Origin: Candidatus Eiseniibacteriota bacterium
Lineage (GTDB): Bacteria > Eisenbacteria > RBG-16-71-46 > JABDJR01 > JAWXBZ01
Assembly: GCA_034440375.1 (NCBI GenBank)
Contig: JAWXBZ010000209.1
Location: forward strand, 1 to 36,856
Length of the DNA stretch: 36,856 nucleotides
Reading direction: 5' to 3'
Part shown: positions 31,082 to 36,856 of the stretch, one piece after another
Numbering within the stretch: the stretch's first letter is position 1
How the letters are laid out: each line of letters opens with the position of its first letter
Made by a program: the position numbers and the translations under genes
The notes under the pieces: model-generated
Databases searched by the model: none
What the model was told of the DNA's origin: nothing
The model's input: the letters and a program-made list of their open reading frames with translations, nothing else

Positions 31082-31693
31082 CTACTGAACCATCAGCGAC
31101 TTCACACGGCCCCAGGTCGTGTGTTCGGTGCCGAGGGGGGTGCAGGCGATCGCCAGCGTGGGGCCGCTGCCTGGGAAGCCGATCGTGGCGCTGGTCTGGC
31201 CGAGGCCGGCGTCGAAGACGTTGACGTGGACGATGAGGTTGTAGGTGCCCGGCGCGATCGAGAAGGAAGCTTCGTAGCCCTGGGCGTGGTTGGGGTCGGC
31301 GTCGTAGCCGACGCCGATGAAAGCGAAGTCGGGGGCGATTCCATCATCGCCGCTTGAGTCATTCACGACCTTGTTGTTCTGGGCATTTATGGCCACCCAG
31401 GCATCGCCGTCGACGAGGACCGGAACGCCCGGCACGGCCAGGACAAGAACGTACATCGTCTGGGTCAGGCAGTCGTATCGGAGGTAAAGTTTTGATTCGA
31501 GCGGCTTGTCGGCCTTGCCGGCCCGGTGCATGTTGGCGAAGAAGTCCTGGGCCAGGTTCCACTCGGAGGAATCGCCATCCACCACCGCTGACGAGAAGAG
31601 CGTGGGGGAATAGTTGTCGGCCAGTGCGGGGGCGGCCGACAGGAGAAGCAGGGCTGCGGAAGCAAGGATGCAATTCGTGGCAATGCGCTTCAT
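31082..31693 (-). CDS. Secreted hypothetical beta-sandwich protein with TWxxVK tail
   Basis: AGAGGAG RBS and signal peptide ending ALA. VVDG..SEW...LYLRYD...MYV resembles DOMON/CBM9-like starts. Ends TPLGTEHTTWGRVKSLMVQ. Confidence 0.88.
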   Translation of the reverse strand: MKRIATNCILASAALLLLSAAPALADNYSPTLFSSAVVDGDSSEWNLAQDFFANMHRAGKADKPLESKLYLRYDCLTQTMYVLVLAVPGVPVLVDGDAWVAINAQNNKVVNDSSGDDGIAPDFAFIGVGYDADPNHAQGYEASFSIAPGTYNLIVHVNVFDAGLGQTSATIGFPGSGPTLAIACTPLGTEHTTWGRVKSLMVQ

Positions 31694-31716
31694 GTTGGAT
31701 ATCTCCTCTGATGCGT

Positions 31717-31750
31717 GCCCGGCGACCGGCTAACCGCCGGCCGCTTGGGC
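31717..31750 (-). other. GC-rich hairpin in the 5' leader of the 31082-31693 gene
   Basis: GCCCGGCGACCGGC-TAACC-GCCGGCCGCTTGGGC imperfect inverted repeat just upstream of the RBS. Confidence 0.35.
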
Positions 31751-31925
31751 CAATGATGTGTGTCTGTGGAGAACACAAGCTTCTCACGACATGAACCATA
31801 CGAAACCAGGGGTGATGCAGATTGCCCCTCAAAATGATGCCAATTAACCGGCTCCGACACCCGCCTGTCGAACTAATTATCTGTTTGCCTGGCCGCGTTG
31901 TCGGGTGATTTGACCCGGGTGGACC

Positions 31926-32261
31926 TCAGAAGCTGCCGAGGGCCCCTTCCCGGGTGCCATAAATGTCGAATACTGATACCAGCCTGGTGATAACCATGAG
32001 GTTCTTGATCTTGTTCTCGACGTTGCAGAGATAAATCTTTCCATCGCGGCGGACATAATTTGCATGTGCGGCCACCAGCACCCCAAGCGGCCGCGACACC
32101 ATCATGTCGACCTTTCCGAGGTCGATGACCAGCTTCGTGTTTCCCTTTTCGGCCAGATCGCGGATCGCGGTCTCGAGAGCCACGGTTTCATCACCGCCCA
32201 GAAGGCTTCCCTTCGGGCTCAAGATGGCGATGTCGCCATCCCATTCCAATTTCACGGCCAT
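31926..32261 (-). CDS. STAS-domain anti-sigma-factor antagonist
   Basis: AAGGGAG RBS; G.L.GG.E...LVIDLGKV...S..LGVL...ITRLVSVFDIY; 111 aa. Confidence 0.88.
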   Translation of the reverse strand: MAVKLEWDGDIAILSPKGSLLGGDETVALETAIRDLAEKGNTKLVIDLGKVDMMVSRPLGVLVAAHANYVRRDGKIYLCNVENKIKNLMVITRLVSVFDIYGTREGALGSF

Positions 32262-32299
32262 GCGTTCTCCCTTGTATGAATCGTGTCGGTGTCGCCGGC

Positions 32300-33460
32300 T
32301 CAGCGGTTGACCGGGTACTCCTTCATGAGTTCGCGGGCGATGACCAGGCGCTGGATTTCGCTGGTCCCTTCGCCGATTTCGCACAGCTTGGCATCGCGGA
32401 AGAATCGCTCGACCGGGTACTCCGTCGAGTATCCATTACCGCCGAATACCTGGATGGCCTGCGTCGTGGCGCGCATGGCCACCTCGGAGGCGAATAGCTT
32501 GGCCATTGCGGAGAGGCGGGTGAAGTTGCCGCCCGCGTCCTTCGTCACGGCCGAGTCGTACACCAGATGGCGCGCCGCGGCGATTTCGGTGGCCATGTCG
32601 GCCAGCTTGAACTGAATGGCCTGGAACGCCGCGATCGGCCGGTTGAATTGCTCACGCGTTTGCGCGTAATCGAGGCTGGCCTCCATGGCCGCCTGGGCCA
32701 GGCCAACGGCCATGGCGCCGATGGAAATGCGCCCGCCGTCCAGCGTCTTCATGAACTGCTTGAACCCCTTGCCCCGGAGCCCGAGCATGGCTGACGCCGG
32801 AACACGGACATCCTCGAAGAAGACCGGGTTCGTTTCCGATCCGCGAAGGCCGAGCTTGTCTTCCTTTTTGCCGACCTTGAGGCCGGGCGTCCCCTTCTCG
32901 ACGATGAATGAACTGATCCCATCGGTCCCCTGCCCCTTGTCGGTGACGGCGGTGACGATGAAAACGCCGGCCACGCCGGCGTTGGTAATCCAGTTCTTGG
33001 CCCCGTTGATGACCCAGTCATCGCCGTCCTGAACCGCCATGGTGCGCGTGCCGCCCGAGTCGGAGCCGGCTTGCGGTTCGGTCAGGCAGAAGGCGCCCAA
33101 AACCTTGCCGGAGCAAAGCCCCGGCAGGTATTTCTTCTTCTGCTCCTCGGTGCCGAAGTTGTAGATCGGTCCGGTTCCCAGGCTGACATGAGCCGCGGTC
33201 AGGAGGCCGATCGATCCGGAGGCCCTGCTGATCTCCTCGATGGCGATGGCATACATCAGCGTGTCGCCGCCGGCCCCTCCCCATTCCTCGGCATATGGCA
33301 CGCCCATGAGCCCCATCTTCCGGAGCTCCTCGACACACCACATCGGGAATTCGCCCGCGTTGTCGATTTCCTTTGCGCGTGGCTTGATGACCTTGTCAAC
33401 GAAGTCCCGGACCGTCTTCTGGAAGAGGCGATGCTCTTCGCTCAGCTCAGCGTAGCTCAT
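32300..33460 (-). CDS. Acyl-CoA dehydrogenase (candidate isovaleryl-CoA-oxidising enzyme)
   Basis: [29 protein letters not shown] and [10 protein letters not shown] motifs; close to the liuBCD genes. Confidence 0.95.
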   Translation of the reverse strand: MSYAELSEEHRLFQKTVRDFVDKVIKPRAKEIDNAGEFPMWCVEELRKMGLMGVPYAEEWGGAGGDTLMYAIAIEEISRASGSIGLLTAAHVSLGTGPIYNFGTEEQKKKYLPGLCSGKVLGAFCLTEPQAGSDSGGTRTMAVQDGDDWVINGAKNWITNAGVAGVFIVTAVTDKGQGTDGISSFIVEKGTPGLKVGKKEDKLGLRGSETNPVFFEDVRVPASAMLGLRGKGFKQFMKTLDGGRISIGAMAVGLAQAAMEASLDYAQTREQFNRPIAAFQAIQFKLADMATEIAAARHLVYDSAVTKDAGGNFTRLSAMAKLFASEVAMRATTQAIQVFGGNGYSTEYPVERFFRDAKLCEIGEGTSEIQRLVIARELMKEYPVNR

Positions 33461-33517
33461 GATTCGGTATTGATCCTTTTCCTGGTGTCAGTAACGGTTG
33501 GCCGATATTCATGATGG

Positions 33518-34180
<663 letters not shown>

Positions 34181-34902
34181 AGTTGGCGCCCTGAAATATC
34201 CAGTCAACGTAGATTCCGGGAGTATGGATCGCGTCGGGGTCCAGCGCCCCGACCGCTTCGAGTTTCTCGACCTCGGCCAGCGAGATGGCGGCCGCGGTGG
34301 CCATCATCGGGCTGAAATTGCGGGTGGTCTTCCGGTAGATGACATTCCCATGGGCATCGCCCCGGTAGCCCTTCACGAAGGCGAAGTCCGCCTTCAGCGG
34401 GAACTCGAGCACGAACAGCCGTCCGTCGATCTCGCGGGTTTCCTTGGGCAGGCTTGCCTTGATTACCTGTCCGGCCGAGTCGTATTTCGTCGGCAGCCCG
34501 CCCTCGGCCACCCAGGTGCCGTAGCCGGTTGGCGTGTAAAAGGCGCCGATGCCGGCCCCGCCGGCCCGGAGTTTCTCGGCGAACGTTCCCTGGGGGATCA
34601 ACTCCACCTCGAGCGACCCGTCCAGAAATTGCCGCTCGAACATCTTGTTCTCGCCCACATAGGTCGAGATCATCTTGCTGACCTGACGGGTGGCCAGCAG
34701 GACGCCGATGCCGAAATCATCCACACCGGCGTTGTTGCTCATGACGGTCAGGTCGGTGACGCCCAGTTCGCGCGTGGCGGCAATCAGATTTTCCGGAATG
34801 CCGCAGAGGCCAAAGCCTCCCATCATGATCGAGGATCCATTCCTGAGGCCGGCCCTCTCCAGCGCTTCCGCCGCGGTTCGGACGACCTTGTTCATCGGTG
34901 GA

Positions 34903-35550
34903 TCAGCCCTCGACCCGGTTGAACGTCACTTCATACTTGAGCGGCAACCGGCCCCCCGAGGAATAAGCCACGACGACCTGGTCCTTGTTGACCGGCGTGA
35001 CCCGCAACTTGAACGGGAAGGGGGCGCCCTCCGCGGTGCTGCTGAAGAGCCAGACCTCGGCGTCGGCCACCTTGCCGCCGGTCATTTCCACACCGCGTCC
35101 GGAGGCGTCCGTCATGACCGCGCGCAGTGCGCGGTGACTCTCTGACCAGCTGACCACGGAGCGATAGTCTCCCTCGATCGGAAGTTTCATCCCCATGCTC
35201 GGCGTCGCCGTAACGTTGAAGGCCAGCGTTTTTCCGGGGCGGAGAACCTGGCCGTCGATGGCGATGTCCATCATCAATGGGATGCTGCGCAGCTCCCCTT
35301 CCCACTTCCCGGAAAGAAAGGACAGACCCTTGATGGCCTTGGCACCCGGCCCGAGCGTATCGGCCGGGGCCGGCTTCGCGGCAACGGGTTTGGATGGCGG
35401 CTTCGCGGCCGTGGACGAAGTTCCTGTGGTTGTAACTGGCGACTTGGCTGCGGCGGGCGCGGTGTTCGTTGCCGCTGCCTGTGTCATGAGACCCAGCGAG
35501 AACAGAAGGGCAAGTACGGCGGCCGCCGTGTTGTGATTCTTCGAAGTCAT
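34903..35550 (-). CDS. Exported hypothetical protein (Ala/Thr/Pro/Lys linker plus lipocalin/DUF1579-like beta domain)
   Basis: Signal peptide, low-complexity linker, and an LSFLSGKWEG domain start; TGATG coupling with the upstream gene. Confidence 0.75.
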   Translation of the reverse strand: MTSKNHNTAAAVLALLFSLGLMTQAAATNTAPAAAKSPVTTTGTSSTAAKPPSKPVAAKPAPADTLGPGAKAIKGLSFLSGKWEGELRSIPLMMDIAIDGQVLRPGKTLAFNVTATPSMGMKLPIEGDYRSVVSWSESHRALRAVMTDASGRGVEMTGGKVADAEVWLFSSTAEGAPFPFKLRVTPVNKDQVVVAYSSGGRLPLKYEVTFNRVEG

Positions 35551-35969
35551 CAGGCTCCCGATCGGGCCGAATCGCGATTCTCGACCCACACACGAATGTA
35601 ATCAATGATGGCAGAAGTTGGCGTTCCGGGGCCGAACAGTTCGCCGACCCCCTGCGCCTTGAGCGCCGTCATATCCGCCGGCGGGATGATCCCGCCGCCG
35701 GTCAGAAGAACATCGTCCATCCCTTCCTTCTTCAATAATTCCTGAATTCTTGGGACGAGGGTCATATGGGCCCCTGACAGGATCGACAGGGCCACGACAT
35801 CCACATCCTCCTGAAGTGCCATGCTGACCACCTGTTCGGGGGTCTGGTGAAGACCCGAATAGATGACCTCCATCCCCGCATCGCGCAGGGCGGCTGCCAC
35901 CACCTTGGCCCCCCGATCATGCCCGTCGAGCCCCGGCTTGGCCACCAGTACCCGTATTTTACCGGCCAT
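35550..35969 (-). CDS. Cobalamin-binding small subunit of an acyl-CoA mutase
   Basis: [10 protein letters not shown] (DxHxxG), SILSGAH, GGIIP and FGPGT motifs; GAGGGGG RBS before MAGKIR. Confidence 0.95.
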   Translation of the reverse strand: MAGKIRVLVAKPGLDGHDRGAKVVAAALRDAGMEVIYSGLHQTPEQVVSMALQEDVDVVALSILSGAHMTLVPRIQELLKKEGMDDVLLTGGGIIPPADMTALKAQGVGELFGPGTPTSAIIDYIRVWVENRDSARSGA

Positions 35970-35992
35970 TCGATAAACCCCCCTCAACGGAC

Positions 35993-36856
35993 CTAGATAA
36001 AGACCGGTTCGTGGTACTCGCCGAAGACGCCGCGCATGACGCCGATCATCTCGCCCTGGGTAACGTAACACCGGGCGCACTCGACCAGCGACGGCATGAT
36101 GTTCTGATCCCCATCGCAGGCCCGCTTGAGTGCCTCGAGCGCCCGGTCAGCCTTGGCGGCATCGCGTGTGGCACGCAGCCGCTGGACGCGGGCCACCTGC
36201 TGCTGCTCCAGTGCCGGATCAATCGTGAGGAGCGGTATCTCCAGTTTTTCATTCTCGATGACGAGGTCGTTGACCCCGACGATGATTCGCTGCTTCGCCT
36301 CGACCTCGTCCTGGTAGCGCCGGGCCGAGGCCTGGATTTCGCGCTGAAACCAGCCGTCCTCGAGACCCTTCACGACGCCGCCGATCTTCTTGATCCGGTC
36401 GAAGTAGGCATAGGCTTCCTTCTCGAGGCGATTCGTCAGTTCTTCGACATAATAAGAGCCGCCCAGTGGATCGACGGTTTCGGACACATTGTGCTCGTGC
36501 GCGATGACCTGTTGCGTCCGCAGCGCGATCTGCACCGCCTTGTCGGTGGGCAGCGCCCAGGTTTCGTCCATCGAGTTGGTGTGCAGGCTCTGCGTGCCAC
36601 CGAGCACCGCCGCCAGCGCCTCAATGGCGGTGCGAACGATGTTGTTCTCCGGCTGCTGGGCCGTCAGGCTGACGCCGGCGGTCTGGGCGTGCGTCCGCAG
36701 CAACATCGGCTCGCGGCGGGTGGCGCCGAATCGCTCCTTCATCTCGCGGGCCCAGATGCGGCGCGCCGCGCGGAACTTGGCGATCTCCTCGAAGAAATCG
36801 AGGTGCACATCCCAGAAGAATGACAGGCGGCTGGCGAATTCATCCACCGGCAGTCC
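35993..36856 (-). CDS. Acyl-CoA mutase large subunit (methylmalonyl-CoA mutase family; 5' part outside the window)
   Basis: [48 protein letters not shown] and IVGVN motifs. It ends without a B12 domain. Confidence 0.95.
   Translation of the reverse strand, partial: GLPVDEFASRLSFFWDVHLDFFEEIAKFRAARRIWAREMKERFGATRREPMLLRTHAQTAGVSLTAQQPENNIVRTAIEALAAVLGGTQSLHTNSMDETWALPTDKAVQIALRTQQVIAHEHNVSETVDPLGGSYYVEELTNRLEKEAYAYFDRIKKIGGVVKGLEDGWFQREIQASARRYQDEVEAKQRIIVGVNDLVIENEKLEIPLLTIDPALEQQQVARVQRLRATRDAAKADRALEALKRACDGDQNIMPSLVECARCYVTQGEMIGVMRGVFGEYHEPVFI

Noticed and set aside
31826-31843. Possible sigma54 site (minus strand TTGGCATCATTTTGAG) upstream of 31693
   Set aside because: The -12 GC dinucleotide is missing at the required spacing.

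Overview
GC-rich bacterial window. Its secreted-protein style (FlgD-Ig tail, TW[GS]x[IV]K tails) suggests an FCB-associated lineage such as Ca. Eisenbacteria or Krumholzibacteriota; this is inference only. The backbone is a ~31 kb minus-strand acyl-CoA / leucine / ketone-body catabolic cluster: split B12 acyl-CoA mutase, 3-oxoacid CoA-transferase A/B, three acyl-CoA dehydrogenases, methylcrotonyl-CoA carboxylase with a split alpha chain, methylglutaconyl-CoA hydratase, HMG-CoA lyase, thiolase, hbd and GTP-PEPCK. It is repeatedly interrupted by genes for secreted proteins and by short gene remnants. The left end holds a Ku (NHEJ) gene missed by the ORF track, divergent from a lipid kinase-PAP2 pair, with back-to-back sigma54-type promoters. 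Most notable: four signal-peptide proteins of three unrelated types end in the same short motif, x-[VT]-x-x-[STV]-T-W-[GS]-x-[IV]-K-x(4-6)-stop, and a fifth copy with W changed to R survives in an intergenic remnant. This points to a dedicated, poorly described C-terminal sorting signal. No rRNA, tRNA, CRISPR array or transposase was recognised.
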